Part shown: positions 7,660 through 19,441 of the stretch, in pieces | How positions within the stretch are numbered: position 1 is the stretch's first letter | Layout: each line of letters starts with the position of its first letter | Source: Bacillus subtilis subsp. subtilis str. 168 | GTDB lineage: Bacteria; Bacillota; Bacilli; Bacillales; Bacillaceae | DNA length: 32,000 nucleotides | Reading direction: 5' to 3' | Assembly (NCBI RefSeq): GCF_000009045.1 | Contig: NC_000964.3 | Coordinates: 1,230,001-1,262,000, forward strand | Made by a program: the position numbers and the translations under genes | Notes under the pieces: generated by a model | Seen by the model: only the letters and a program-made list of their open reading frames with translations | Database searches by the model: none | What the model was told of the DNA's origin: nothing

Positions 7660-8460
7660 ATGAAATTTGCCGTATCATCAAAAGGAGATCAAGTTTCTGA
7701 TACGCTGAAAAGCAAAATACAGGCGTATTTATTGGATTTTGATATGGAACTGGATGAAAATGAACCGGAAATCGTTATTTCAGTCGGAGGCGACGGAACG
7801 CTTTTGTATGCTTTTCACAGATACAGCGACCGTTTGGACAAAACAGCATTTGTCGGCGTTCACACAGGTCATCTGGGTTTTTATGCCGACTGGGTTCCTC
7901 ATGAAATTGAAAAACTTGTTCTTGCCATCGCGAAAACGCCGTATCATACAGTCGAATATCCGCTTCTCGAAGTCATTGTGACCTATCACGAAAACGAGCG
8001 GGAAGAAAGATACTTAGCTTTGAATGAATGTACGATTAAAAGCATCGAAGGAAGCCTTGTTGCTGATGTGGAAATCAAAGGGCAGCTCTTTGAAACCTTC
8101 CGGGGCGACGGCCTCTGCCTGTCAACTCCATCAGGCAGCACAGCCTACAATAAGGCGCTGGGCGGAGCGATTATCCATCCGTCTATCAGGGCGATCCAGC
8201 TTGCGGAAATGGCTTCAATTAATAACCGCGTGTTCCGTACGGTCGGGTCACCTCTGCTTCTCCCATCCCATCATGATTGCATGATTAAGCCGAGAAACGA
8301 AGTTGACTTTCAAGTGACGATTGACCATTTAACCCTTCTCCATAAGGATGTAAAGTCGATCCGCTGCCAAGTTGCATCCGAAAAAGTGCGGTTTGCGAGA
8401 TTCCGTCCGTTTCCATTTTGGAAAAGAGTCCAGGATTCGTTTATTGGAAAAGGTGAATAG
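7660..8460 (+). CDS. ppnKA: NAD kinase
   Basis: 266-aa ORF with the GGDGT motif ([10 protein letters not shown]) and the NAD kinase C-terminal region. The SD is AAAGGGGAAG. Confidence 0.93.
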   Translation: MKFAVSSKGDQVSDTLKSKIQAYLLDFDMELDENEPEIVISVGGDGTLLYAFHRYSDRLDKTAFVGVHTGHLGFYADWVPHEIEKLVLAIAKTPYHTVEYPLLEVIVTYHENEREERYLALNECTIKSIEGSLVADVEIKGQLFETFRGDGLCLSTPSGSTAYNKALGGAIIHPSIRAIQLAEMASINNRVFRTVGSPLLLPSHHDCMIKPRNEVDFQVTIDHLTLLHKDVKSIRCQVASEKVRFARFRPFPFWKRVQDSFIGKGE

Positions 8461-8474
8461 AAAGAGGACATATC

Positions 8475-9374
8475 GTGGAGCATTTTTTTATCAGAAAGAA
8501 CATTACTTCCGCTGAGGACGGGATGACTGTAAAAGAATATGCCGGTGAACTGGGAATTTCGAAACGTCTGCTGACCGATATTAAGTTTGGCGGGGGAGAC
8601 CTGCAGATTAACGGTGAGCATGTGACGGTCAAATACGTTTTGAAAGAGGGAGATCTTCTTATCGTGAAGTTTCCTGAGGAGCAGGTGAGCGAGACGCTGT
8701 TGGCAGAGCCTGTTCCGCTCGATATCCTTTATGAGGATGAACATGTGCTTGTGATAAACAAGCAGCCGTATGTGTCATCAATCCCTTCGAGAGAGCACCC
8801 CTCCGGCAGCATTGCCAATGGAATTATTGATCATTATCAAACAACCGGAGTGAGGGCGACAGTTCATCTTGTCACCCGGTTAGACCGGGATACATCAGGT
8901 ATCATGCTTGTTGCCAAGCATCGATTTGCCCACTCCATTTTATCGTCTGCGCAAAAAAACGGCCTTGTGAAACGCCGGTATGCGGCAGTGGTTCACGGGC
9001 GGATGGCACAGATGGAGGGAACAGTCGATGCTCCGATTGGCAGACATCCTGACAGTATTATTGAACGGACGGTAACGCCAGACGGCCAGAAGGCTGTTAC
9101 TCATTTTTACGTCACATGTGCAAATGATGACATGACCTCGGTGGCATTGCAGCTTGAGACTGGACGAACCCATCAAATTCGTGTTCATATGAGCTATCTC
9201 GGGCACCCGTTGTGCGGCGATACACTGTACGGCGGAACGAGACAGGAAATTGGCCGGCAGGCTCTGCACAGCGAGCATCTTTCGTTTATCCATCCGCTGA
9301 CACAGGAGAACATGAGGTTTCATGCTCCACTGCCTCAGGACATGAGCAAACTGATAAAAGGAGAGAATCATTGA
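8475..9374 (+). CDS. yjbO: RluA/RluD-family pseudouridine synthase with an N-terminal S4-like region
   Basis: The catalytic motif TRLDRDTSG and the motif GRTHQIRVH are present. The GTG at 8475 has the SD AAGAGGA 6 nt upstream. An alternative ATG at 8523 would give 283 aa. Confidence 0.88.
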   Translation: MEHFFIRKNITSAEDGMTVKEYAGELGISKRLLTDIKFGGGDLQINGEHVTVKYVLKEGDLLIVKFPEEQVSETLLAEPVPLDILYEDEHVLVINKQPYVSSIPSREHPSGSIANGIIDHYQTTGVRATVHLVTRLDRDTSGIMLVAKHRFAHSILSSAQKNGLVKRRYAAVVHGRMAQMEGTVDAPIGRHPDSIIERTVTPDGQKAVTHFYVTCANDDMTSVALQLETGRTHQIRVHMSYLGHPLCGDTLYGGTRQEIGRQALHSEHLSFIHPLTQENMRFHAPLPQDMSKLIKGENH

Positions 9375-9388
9375 TTCTCTCCTTTTTT
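9360..9388. terminator. Bidirectional terminator embedded in the convergent 3' ends of yjbO and prpE
   Basis: Stem GGAGAGAATC / GATTCTCTCC with a 3-nt loop, followed by TTTTTT. The yjbO stop codon (9372-9374) lies across the loop and right arm. The prpE stop codon (9387-9389) overlaps the T-run. Confidence 0.7.
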
Positions 9389-10121
9389 ATATGGGGCGAA
9401 ATCTTGATTCGTCGTAAGGCAGGGAGCTTGGAACAGAGACGGTTTCTATTTCTGGAAAGCGAAAGCCTGTCAGTTGATTTCCGAACACGCAGCCTGTATC
9501 AATGTTGATGGTGCGATTGACCTTCCGAGGCTCTTTCACAGGTGTATGACCGTATACCACCCAAGCCTTTCCGTTATAGGCTGCCGCCCAATCACGCCTG
9601 ATGGGTCTGCCGTCCGGATATGTTTCACCCGTCACGTCACCGTAAAGCACAAAGTCCTTCACTCTGCGGGTATATTTGCCGATATCGTCAGCTCTTATGC
9701 CAGCATGGGCGACAACTAATTCTCCATTATGTAAGATGTCGTAAAGCGGCGCTGTTTCGTACAGCTTCATAAACTGTTCGCTGACTGATTTTTTCTCATC
9801 TTTGGAAAGTTCCTCAAGCTCTGCCGCTGTTGTTTCGAGACCATGCATCACTTTTACCGGATTTCCTTTTAAGTAACGATATAATTTATTGCAATGGTTT
9901 CCCGGGACATAACGCACAGCGCCTTTTTCGTAAGCGCCGGCTACAAATCGGATGACCTCTATCGATTTGGGCCCTCTGTCAGTTAAATCTCCGGCAAAAA
10001 CAAGCACCCTGCCTTCTTCATGGACAGGTACTCCATTTTTGATTGTATAGCCAAGCTTTTGGATTAATGCAGTCATTTCGTCATAGCAGCCATGAATATC
10101 GCTGATGATATCGTAAGCCAT
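9387..10121 (-). CDS. prpE: Bis(5'-nucleosyl)-tetraphosphatase (Ap4A hydrolase) / PPP-family phosphatase
   Basis: Metallophosphoesterase motifs [16 protein letters not shown] and GNHC are present. The SD is AAGGAGGAG. Confidence 0.92.
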   Translation of the reverse strand: MAYDIISDIHGCYDEMTALIQKLGYTIKNGVPVHEEGRVLVFAGDLTDRGPKSIEVIRFVAGAYEKGAVRYVPGNHCNKLYRYLKGNPVKVMHGLETTAAELEELSKDEKKSVSEQFMKLYETAPLYDILHNGELVVAHAGIRADDIGKYTRRVKDFVLYGDVTGETYPDGRPIRRDWAAAYNGKAWVVYGHTPVKEPRKVNRTINIDTGCVFGNQLTGFRFPEIETVSVPSSLPYDESRFRPI

Positions 10122-10264
10122 GCGGTCTCCTCCTTACCGATTGTTTTATTTATTATGAAGCAAAGTGTTGTGAGTCATCACAAGCTTTTATGTGCAAATT
10201 ATAGAAGAAGAATCATTTTCTAAACAGGATTAAGACCTTATCACTTTATTTTTCATCATCACCC

Positions 10265-10294
10265 TTGTTAAAATCGCGTTATGTTTTTTAAAAA
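10265..10294 (+). promoter_or_regulatory. Candidate sigmaA promoter of yjbQ
   Basis: TTGTTA (10265-10270), an 18-nt spacer and TAAAAA (10289-10294). Confidence 0.35.
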
Positions 10295-10355
10295 TGAGGT
10301 TTTGTTCTCTGAGTGAGAACTAGCATAACCCTGACTTAAAAAGGAGGTTCTGATT

Positions 10356-12200
10356 ATGGCGCATACATCTGTCGCATCTTTAGTTGTTGTACTTATCGTT
10401 GCATTTTTGACACCCATCCTTTTGCATCGGTTTAAACTCAGCATCCCGGTTGTTGTTGCTGAAATCATTATGGGGCTGATAATTGGGAAAAGCGGCCTTA
10501 ATTTAGTTGTGGAGGGTGACACCTGGCTCCAGACACTCTCTATGCTCGGATTTATCTTTTTAATGTTTTTAAGCGGGCTTGAAATTGATTTTTCGTCGTT
10601 TGAGAAAGGAAAGAAAAAGCAGTTCCTGCCGAATGGCAAGGAAGCGCCGAATACGTTTGCTGCGGCATCTGTTATTTTCGTCGGTATTTTTATTTTATCA
10701 TTGCTCTTGTCCTATGGGTTCGTCTTGGCCGGATTTATCCAAAATGCATTTTTGATGACCCTGATTATTTCAACGATTTCATTAGGCGTTGTCGTTCCAA
10801 CATTAAAAGAAGAACGGATCATGAATTCGAATATCGGGCAGATTATTTTGCTTGTTGCTGTTATTGCTGATTTGGCCACGATGATTCTTCTTGCTGTTTT
10901 TTCTTCTTTATACGGAGAGGACAGCGGAAACATGTGGCTCCTGATGATTCTGTTTGCGGCCGGAGTGGTGCTTTACTTTTTCGGCCGGGTCTTCAAACAT
11001 CGCTCTTTTGTTCAATCCATGTCAAAAGGGACGATCCAGATCGGGACGCGTGCCATTTTTACGTTAATCATTGTACTCGTTGCCCTGTCTGAATCACTTG
11101 GGGCGGAAAATATTCTCGGCGCTTTCTTAGCGGGGGTTCTTGTTTCCCTGCTTTCGCCAAACAAAGAACTTGTTCAGCAGCTGGACTCATTCGGTTATGG
11201 GTTCTTAATACCGATTTTCTTCGTGATGGTCGGTGTGAAGCTTGATATTTGGACTCTTTTCCAGGATAAAACAATTTTAATCATGATTCCGCTCCTGCTG
11301 CTTGCGCTGTTAGTCAGCAAAATCATTCCTGTCATGTACTTAAAGAAGTGGTATGATAACCGAACCATTTTCGCGTCTGGTTTCCTGCTGACATCAACGC
11401 TTTCGCTCGTGATTGCTGCTGCAACAATCGGCCAGCAGCTTCACGTGATCAGTACAAATATGTCAGGAGCGCTAATTTTAGTAGCCGTCATTGCAAGTAT
11501 TTTTACGCCGATCTGTTTTAAAAAATTATACAAACGGGAAGAGCAGCCGGAGGAGAAAAAGACGATTACGTTCATTGGCGCCAATCAAATGACTTTGCCT
11601 GTCACACTCGAATTGCCAGAGGAAGAGTATGACGTGCGTGTTGTACACGTCTACCAAGAGAATGCGGAGGAAAAGCTGTCAGAATCAGTGTTTGCTGTTG
11701 AAACAATTTCTGACTATGAACACGAGACGCTTGAATCACTCGGCATTTTTGAAACGGATATCCTCGTTGTGGCGACAGGAAATGAAGATATGAATGCAGA
11801 CATTGCATTACTTGCAAAAGATAAAGGCACAGAAAGAGTCATTGCAAGCGTAGGATCACCGGAGCATGAAGCAGCTCTGAAGGAGCAGGGAATCAGCATC
11901 TTTTCTATTCTGCTGTCGACAAAAACGCTGCTTCGCGCACTGATTGAAGCGCCTGGCGTCATGAAGCTGCTCACGAACCAAGAGTCTTCGCTGTATCAAA
12001 TTAATATGGAGAACAGTAAATATGATGGTGTCATTTTACGGGAATTCCCTTTAACAGGTGACGTCATCTTTGTCAGGATCTTCAGAGGTGTGGACAGCAT
12101 CGTTCCTCATGGGGATACGAGGCTGAAACTTGGAGACCGTTTAATTGTCACCGGATCTCGGGGGTACGTAACGGATCTTAAGAAAACATTGGAAGGATAA
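10356..12200 (+). CDS. yjbQ: CPA2-family monovalent cation/H+ antiporter with a C-terminal RCK/TrkA-C regulatory region
   Basis: 614-aa ORF with a polytopic membrane domain of about 390 aa followed by a soluble C-terminal domain. The SD is AAGGAGG. Confidence 0.88.
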   Translation: MAHTSVASLVVVLIVAFLTPILLHRFKLSIPVVVAEIIMGLIIGKSGLNLVVEGDTWLQTLSMLGFIFLMFLSGLEIDFSSFEKGKKKQFLPNGKEAPNTFAAASVIFVGIFILSLLLSYGFVLAGFIQNAFLMTLIISTISLGVVVPTLKEERIMNSNIGQIILLVAVIADLATMILLAVFSSLYGEDSGNMWLLMILFAAGVVLYFFGRVFKHRSFVQSMSKGTIQIGTRAIFTLIIVLVALSESLGAENILGAFLAGVLVSLLSPNKELVQQLDSFGYGFLIPIFFVMVGVKLDIWTLFQDKTILIMIPLLLLALLVSKIIPVMYLKKWYDNRTIFASGFLLTSTLSLVIAAATIGQQLHVISTNMSGALILVAVIASIFTPICFKKLYKREEQPEEKKTITFIGANQMTLPVTLELPEEEYDVRVVHVYQENAEEKLSESVFAVETISDYEHETLESLGIFETDILVVATGNEDMNADIALLAKDKGTERVIASVGSPEHEAALKEQGISIFSILLSTKTLLRALIEAPGVMKLLTNQESSLYQINMENSKYDGVILREFPLTGDVIFVRIFRGVDSIVPHGDTRLKLGDRLIVTGSRGYVTDLKKTLEG

Positions 12201-12203
12201 ATC

Positions 12204-12231
12204 TTGACCAAATAAGGATTCGTGTTAATAT
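12204..12231 (+). promoter_or_regulatory. SigmaA promoter of the tenA-thi operon
   Basis: TTGACC (12204-12209), a 16-nt spacer and TAATAT (12226-12231), with an extended -10 TG at 12223-12224. The promoter starts 4 nt after the yjbQ stop codon. Confidence 0.5.
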
Positions 12232-12264
12232 AGAGGTGCAGAACAATTCAATATGTATTCGTTT

Positions 12265-12430
12265 AACCACTAGGGGTGTCCTTCATAAGGGCTGAGATAA
12301 AAGTGTGACTTTTAGACCCTCATAACTTGAACAGGTTCAGACCTGCGTAGGGAAGTGGAGCGGTATTTGTGTTATTTTACTATGCCAATTCCAAACCACT
12401 TTTCCTTGCGGGAAAGTGGTTTTTTTATTT
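12265..12430 (+). promoter_or_regulatory. TPP (THI-box) riboswitch with a terminator expression platform
   Basis: The aptamer spans 12265-12358 (AACCACUAGGGGUG...GGGCUGAGA...ACCCUCAUAACUUGAACAGGUUCAGACCUGCGUAGGGAAGUGG). The terminator is AAACCACTTTTCC-TTGC-GGGAAAGTGGTTT followed by a T-run (12393-12430). Confidence 0.9.
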
Positions 12431-12448
12431 TCAGAGGGGGAATGATTT

Positions 12449-14840
<2,392 letters not shown>

Positions 14841-14844
<4 letters not shown>

Positions 14845-15044
14845 TGCTACAGCTGAACGGTAAAGACGTGAAGTGGAAAAAAGACACAGGTACAATTCAA
14901 GACCTGCTGGCGTCGTATCAGCTTGAAAATAAAATCGTTATCGTGGAAAGAAATAAAGAAATAATCGGGAAAGAACGCTATCACGAGGTTGAGCTTTGTG
15001 ATCGTGATGTCATTGAAATTGTCCATTTTGTAGGAGGCGGATGA
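14841..15044 (+). CDS. thiS: Sulfur-carrier protein ThiS
   Basis: The C-terminus is ...HFVGGG, the di-glycine end typical of ThiS. The start forms an ATGA overlap with the thiO stop. The second ATG at 14844 is an alternative start. Confidence 0.9.
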
Positions 15045-15811
15045 GCATGTTAACAATTGGCGGAAAATCATTTCAATCAAGATTGCTGCTGGGCACGGGG
15101 AAATACCCATCGTTTGACATTCAAAAGGAAGCAGTAGCTGTTTCTGAGTCTGATATTTTAACATTTGCTGTAAGGAGAATGAACATTTTTGAAGCATCTC
15201 AGCCGAATTTTCTGGAACAGCTTGATTTATCCAAATATACGCTTTTGCCGAATACAGCGGGCGCCAGTACTGCTGAAGAAGCGGTTCGGATTGCAAGGCT
15301 GGCGAAAGCTTCAGGCCTTTGTGACATGATTAAAGTTGAAGTCATCGGATGCAGCCGTTCCTTGCTGCCTGACCCTGTTGAGACATTAAAAGCGTCTGAA
15401 CAGCTTCTTGAAGAAGGCTTTATTGTGCTCCCGTACACGTCGGATGACGTTGTGCTGGCGAGAAAGCTGGAAGAGCTCGGCGTTCATGCCATCATGCCGG
15501 GTGCATCTCCGATTGGATCAGGACAAGGAATCTTAAATCCTTTGAATCTGTCGTTTATTATTGAACAGGCGAAAGTACCGGTCATCGTGGATGCGGGAAT
15601 CGGCTCGCCTAAAGATGCGGCATACGCAATGGAGCTTGGAGCGGATGGCGTACTGCTCAATACGGCTGTATCTGGCGCTGACGATCCCGTGAAAATGGCT
15701 CGTGCCATGAAGCTCGCAGTGGAAGCAGGGCGCCTTTCTTATGAGGCGGGCCGAATCCCGCTTAAGCAATACGGAACGGCAAGCAGTCCGGGAGAAGGTC
15801 TTCCTGTATGA
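15041..15811 (+). CDS. thiG: Thiazole synthase
   Basis: 256-aa TIM-barrel protein with ThiG signatures ([26 protein letters not shown]). It overlaps thiS by 4 nt. Confidence 0.94.
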   Translation: MSMLTIGGKSFQSRLLLGTGKYPSFDIQKEAVAVSESDILTFAVRRMNIFEASQPNFLEQLDLSKYTLLPNTAGASTAEEAVRIARLAKASGLCDMIKVEVIGCSRSLLPDPVETLKASEQLLEEGFIVLPYTSDDVVLARKLEELGVHAIMPGASPIGSGQGILNPLNLSFIIEQAKVPVIVDAGIGSPKDAAYAMELGADGVLLNTAVSGADDPVKMARAMKLAVEAGRLSYEAGRIPLKQYGTASSPGEGLPV

Positions 15812-16818
15812 CAGGCAGGTATTCAAGGCAGGAGCTGTTTGCTCCGATCGGCCCATCCGGCCAGAAAAAATTGAAAGAAGCGCGCGCCGTGATTATCGGC
15901 GCCGGCGCGCTCGGAACAGCCAGTGCAGAAATGCTGGTGAGAGCGGGAGTCGGCTCTGTGAAAATTGCCGACAGAGATTATGTTGAATGGAGCAACCTCC
16001 AGCGCCAGCAGCTTTATACAGAAGATGATGTCAAAAAAGAAATGCCGAAAGCAGCCGCTGCGGAGCGCCGTCTCCGTTCGATTAACAGCGATGTTGATGT
16101 GACCGGCCTTGTCATGGATGTGACAGCAGAAAATATCTTCGAGCTGATTAGGGATGCATCGATTATTGTGGATGCGGCTGATAATTTTGAAACCCGCCTG
16201 ATCGTAAATGATGCTGCGGTAAAGGAAGGGATTCCTTTTCTTTACGGTGCCTGTGTAGGGAGCTACGGTCTTACCTTTACCGTGGTGCCGGGTTCTACTC
16301 CTTGCCTGCATTGCTTGCTCGATGCACTTCCGATTGGCGGAGCAACATGTGACACAGCTGGCATCATCAGTCCGGCTGTTTTGCAGGTAGCAGTCTTTCA
16401 GGTAACAGATGCACTGAAACTGCTGACGGGAGAGGAGTGCGAGCCGGTGCTGCGCTCCTTTGATTTGTGGAAAAACGAGCGGTCAGAAGTGAGAGCGGCC
16501 AGTCTCAAACATGACGCATGCCCAAGCTGCGGCACAAAGGATTTTCCGTTTTTGTCTTATGAAAATCAAACAAAAGCGGCTGTATTGTGCGGCAGGAACA
16601 CGGTGCAGATCAGATCATCTATTACGAAAGAAGCGGATCTTGAAGCGCTTGCCGGTCAGCTGAGGCAGGCCGGGCTTGAAGTAGCTGCGAACCCGTATTT
16701 AATTTCCTGCCGCTCGGATGATATGAAAATGGTGCTGTTCCGGGACGGCAGAGCTTTGATCCATGGAACAAATGATATTGCCCGGGCAAAATCCATTTAT
16801 CATAAATGGATTGGGTAA
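15808..16818 (+). CDS. thiF: ThiS adenylyltransferase (E1-like)
   Basis: Nucleotide-binding motif GAGALG and two Cys pairs (CLHC, CPSC). It overlaps thiG by 4 nt. Confidence 0.92.
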   Translation: MTGRYSRQELFAPIGPSGQKKLKEARAVIIGAGALGTASAEMLVRAGVGSVKIADRDYVEWSNLQRQQLYTEDDVKKEMPKAAAAERRLRSINSDVDVTGLVMDVTAENIFELIRDASIIVDAADNFETRLIVNDAAVKEGIPFLYGACVGSYGLTFTVVPGSTPCLHCLLDALPIGGATCDTAGIISPAVLQVAVFQVTDALKLLTGEECEPVLRSFDLWKNERSEVRAASLKHDACPSCGTKDFPFLSYENQTKAAVLCGRNTVQIRSSITKEADLEALAGQLRQAGLEVAANPYLISCRSDDMKMVLFRDGRALIHGTNDIARAKSIYHKWIG

Positions 16819-16836
16819 TAAAAGGAGTGTAGTGTA

Positions 16837-17652
16837 ATGAGTATATATAAAGCATTGACAATCGCCGGATCAGATTCAGGCGGCGGCGCAGGGATACAGG
16901 CTGATATTAAAACCTTTCAAGAGCTTGATGTATTCGGAATGTCTGCGATTACGGCGGTAACCGCTCAAAATACGCTTGGCGTTCACGGGGTGCATCCGCT
17001 GACTGTAGAGACGTTGAGACAGCAAATTGACGCTGTTGCTGAGGATTTGAGACCGGATGCAGTTAAGACGGGAATGCTCTGGAATGCCGACATGATTGAA
17101 GAAGTGGCAAGAAAAATTGACGAGTACGGATTCAATCGTGTAATTGTTGATCCGGTTATGATCGCAAAGGGCGGGGCATCCTTGCTGCGTGATGAGTCAG
17201 TTGCCACCTTAAAGGAGTTGCTCATTCCAAGAAGCTACGCGATTACGCCGAATGTCCCGGAAGCAGAAACGCTGACAGGAATGACAATCAGCTCGCTGGA
17301 TGACCGGAAAAAAGCAGCGGAGCAGCTCGTCAAGATGGGTGCGCAGCATGTCATTATCAAAGGCGGGCACCAGCCTGAGGACAATCACATTACTGACCTT
17401 CTTTTTGATGGCAGCATGTTTATGCAAATCACCCATCCTTATATCAATACGAAGCATACGCATGGCACAGGCTGCACCTTTGCTGCGGCTTTAACGGCCC
17501 AAACGGCTAAAGGAGACAGCATCCATCAGGCATTTGAGGTTGCGGCCAACTTTGTCCGTGAAGCGGTGGAAAATACGCTCGGCATCGGATCGGGACACGG
17601 GCCGACAAACCATTTCGCTTTTAAACGAAACAGCTTAAATACAAGCCGATGA
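16837..17652 (+). CDS. thiD: Hydroxymethylpyrimidine / phosphomethylpyrimidine kinase
   Basis: N-terminal GSDSGGGAGIQADIKT and C-terminal GTGCTF motifs of the ribokinase-like ThiD family. Confidence 0.92.
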   Translation: MSIYKALTIAGSDSGGGAGIQADIKTFQELDVFGMSAITAVTAQNTLGVHGVHPLTVETLRQQIDAVAEDLRPDAVKTGMLWNADMIEEVARKIDEYGFNRVIVDPVMIAKGGASLLRDESVATLKELLIPRSYAITPNVPEAETLTGMTISSLDDRKKAAEQLVKMGAQHVIIKGGHQPEDNHITDLLFDGSMFMQITHPYINTKHTHGTGCTFAAALTAQTAKGDSIHQAFEVAANFVREAVENTLGIGSGHGPTNHFAFKRNSLNTSR

Positions 17653-17679
17653 GATCACCAGCTGATGGTGATCTCTTTT
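17651..17679 (+). terminator. Intrinsic terminator of the thi operon
   Basis: Stem GAGATCACCA / TGGTGATCTC with loop GCTGA, followed by TTTT. The left arm overlaps the thiD stop codon. Confidence 0.8.
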
Positions 17680-17733
17680 GCGTTTGCTACGGTATGCGCT
17701 TTTCATCTGGACAAGGTTATGATATGATAGGAA

Positions 17734-17750
17734 TTAAGATCAGGTACTAA
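17734..17750. promoter_or_regulatory. FapR-type operator upstream of fabI
   Basis: The reverse complement reads TTAGTACCTGATCTTAA. This closely matches the FapR operator core TTAGTACC...TTAA as I remember it. The site lies 38 nt upstream of the fabI ATG. Confidence 0.55.
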
Positions 17751-17787
17751 TACTATGTCTTTATTAAATATAGGAGGCTTTATACAT

Positions 17788-18564
17788 ATGAATTTTTCAC
17801 TTGAAGGCCGTAACATTGTTGTGATGGGGGTAGCCAACAAACGCAGCATCGCCTGGGGCATTGCGCGTTCTTTACATGAAGCGGGTGCACGTTTGATTTT
17901 CACATACGCTGGTGAACGCCTGGAGAAATCCGTTCACGAGCTTGCCGGAACATTAGACCGCAACGATTCCATCATCCTCCCTTGCGATGTTACAAACGAC
18001 GCAGAAATCGAAACTTGCTTCGCAAGCATTAAGGAGCAGGTCGGTGTAATCCACGGTATCGCGCATTGTATCGCGTTTGCCAACAAAGAAGAGCTTGTCG
18101 GCGAGTACTTAAACACAAATCGTGACGGCTTCCTTTTGGCTCATAACATCAGCTCATATTCTCTGACTGCTGTTGTCAAAGCGGCACGTCCGATGATGAC
18201 TGAAGGCGGAAGCATTGTCACTTTGACGTACCTTGGCGGAGAGCTTGTGATGCCAAACTACAACGTCATGGGTGTAGCAAAAGCTTCTCTTGATGCAAGT
18301 GTGAAATATTTAGCTGCTGACTTAGGAAAAGAAAATATCCGCGTCAACAGCATTTCTGCCGGCCCGATCAGAACATTATCTGCTAAAGGCATCAGCGATT
18401 TCAACTCTATCTTAAAAGACATCGAAGAGCGTGCACCGCTTCGCCGCACGACAACACCTGAAGAAGTGGGCGATACAGCTGCGTTCTTGTTCAGCGATAT
18501 GTCCCGCGGGATTACAGGTGAAAATCTTCACGTTGATTCTGGTTTCCATATCACTGCCCGCTAA
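17788..18564 (+). CDS. fabI: Enoyl-ACP reductase (NADH) FabI
   Basis: The start was moved from 17755 (ORF track) to the ATG at 17788, because the SD AGGAGG (17773-17778) lies inside the longer ORF, 9 nt upstream of 17788. SDR motifs GVANKRSIAWG and YNVMGVAKASL are present. The product is 258 aa. Confidence 0.93.
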   Translation: MNFSLEGRNIVVMGVANKRSIAWGIARSLHEAGARLIFTYAGERLEKSVHELAGTLDRNDSIILPCDVTNDAEIETCFASIKEQVGVIHGIAHCIAFANKEELVGEYLNTNRDGFLLAHNISSYSLTAVVKAARPMMTEGGSIVTLTYLGGELVMPNYNVMGVAKASLDASVKYLAADLGKENIRVNSISAGPIRTLSAKGISDFNSILKDIEERAPLRRTTTPEEVGDTAAFLFSDMSRGITGENLHVDSGFHITAR

Positions 18565-18578
18565 GCAGGATCTATATC

Positions 18579-18607
18579 AAGCAATCCCGAATAGGGATTG
18601 CTTTTTT
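18579..18607 (+). terminator. Intrinsic terminator of fabI
   Basis: Stem AAGCAATCCC / GGGATTGCTT with loop GAATA, followed by a T-run. Confidence 0.85.
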
Positions 18608-18664
18608 ATTTCTTCTGATTTTCAGCTTTCTGTCATATAGATAGAATATGACACAATCGGAGGG

Positions 18665-19348
18665 ATGAAGATGTCTAATAAGAAAAGAAACGCGGATAAA
18701 AAACCGCTCATGTATATTGTTCAGCCGGATTATGCAGAAACTACAAGGTCATCCATGCAGGAGATTGTCATCAAAAGAAAGGCCGACAAACCCGCTCCGC
18801 CAAAAGCTGAGGAAAAGCCGGCTTACCATGAGAAGCAGCAGGAGGAAGCCGTGGCACAGGATGTCCTGCAAGAAGACCAAAAGCCTGCAGCCGAACCAGT
18901 GAGTCAGCAAACACAAGAGGCGAGAGAGCCAGAGAACATAAAAAGCCAAGAGGAACAGAAGGCAGAGCCGCAGGCCGTAGAAGAAACCGTTGAACACGAG
19001 CCCCCGAAAGCAGAAAAAAAGGAAGAGCCTGCACTTGAGGCCCGGAAGCCTGAGAAAGAACCGGAAGCTGTCCATAGTGCTGATAAAGCGGAGGAAAAAG
19101 CACCGCCGGCACGAAAAGTGAAAAAACCGATGAGCAAGATGACGATCCACGAAAAAATTGATTTTTTAACAAAGCTGCCTCATAACATGCCGAGAGCGCT
19201 TTGTTTGATTGAAGCCAATGGAAGAACGTACAGGGGCGTGATTGTCGGAAGAAGAAATGATTCCGTCCTGCTTCGAACAACCGGAAACGGAGCCCCAACC
19301 GAACTGGCAATCGATGATATTACCTCTTTGCACCCGCTCGGTTTTTAA
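18665..19348 (+). CDS. cotO: Spore outer coat/crust morphogenetic protein CotO
   Basis: 227-aa ORF with a long E/K/P/Q-rich low-complexity centre and a conserved C-terminal domain. The SD GGAGGG abuts the ATG at 18665, so the ATG at 18671 (6-nt spacing) may be the true start. Confidence 0.85.
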   Translation: MKMSNKKRNADKKPLMYIVQPDYAETTRSSMQEIVIKRKADKPAPPKAEEKPAYHEKQQEEAVAQDVLQEDQKPAAEPVSQQTQEAREPENIKSQEEQKAEPQAVEETVEHEPPKAEKKEEPALEARKPEKEPEAVHSADKAEEKAPPARKVKKPMSKMTIHEKIDFLTKLPHNMPRALCLIEANGRTYRGVIVGRRNDSVLLRTTGNGAPTELAIDDITSLHPLGF

Positions 19349-19360
19349 CGAAAAAGAAAA

Positions 19361-19396
19361 AAGCTGCCCGGCTGATGTTGCCGGACAGCTTTTTTT
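19361..19396. terminator. Bidirectional terminator between convergent cotO and cotZ
   Basis: Stem AAGCTGCCCGG / CCGGACAGCTT with one mismatch, flanked by an A-run (19351-19362) and a T-run (19390-19396). Confidence 0.8.
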
Positions 19397-19441
19397 ACAT
19401 AGAGAAAAGCCTGCAGGCCTGCAAGCTTTTCCAGCTTATGA

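Noticed and set aside
10268-10639. 123-aa ORF antisense to the yjbQ 5' end and promoter
   Set aside because: It has no SD, and it overlaps the yjbQ promoter, SD and first transmembrane helices on the opposite strand.
15823-16311. 162-aa antisense ORF within thiF
   Set aside because: The reasoning is the same. The sense frame carries the GAGALG and Cys-pair motifs of ThiF.
18749-19310. Three long antisense ORFs inside cotO (18749..19150, 18771..19310, 18904..19137)
   Set aside because: They are mirror-frame artefacts of the GA-rich low-complexity (E/K/P/Q) coding tract. They have no SDs, and their compositions (L/F/R/S-rich) are typical of antisense frames.
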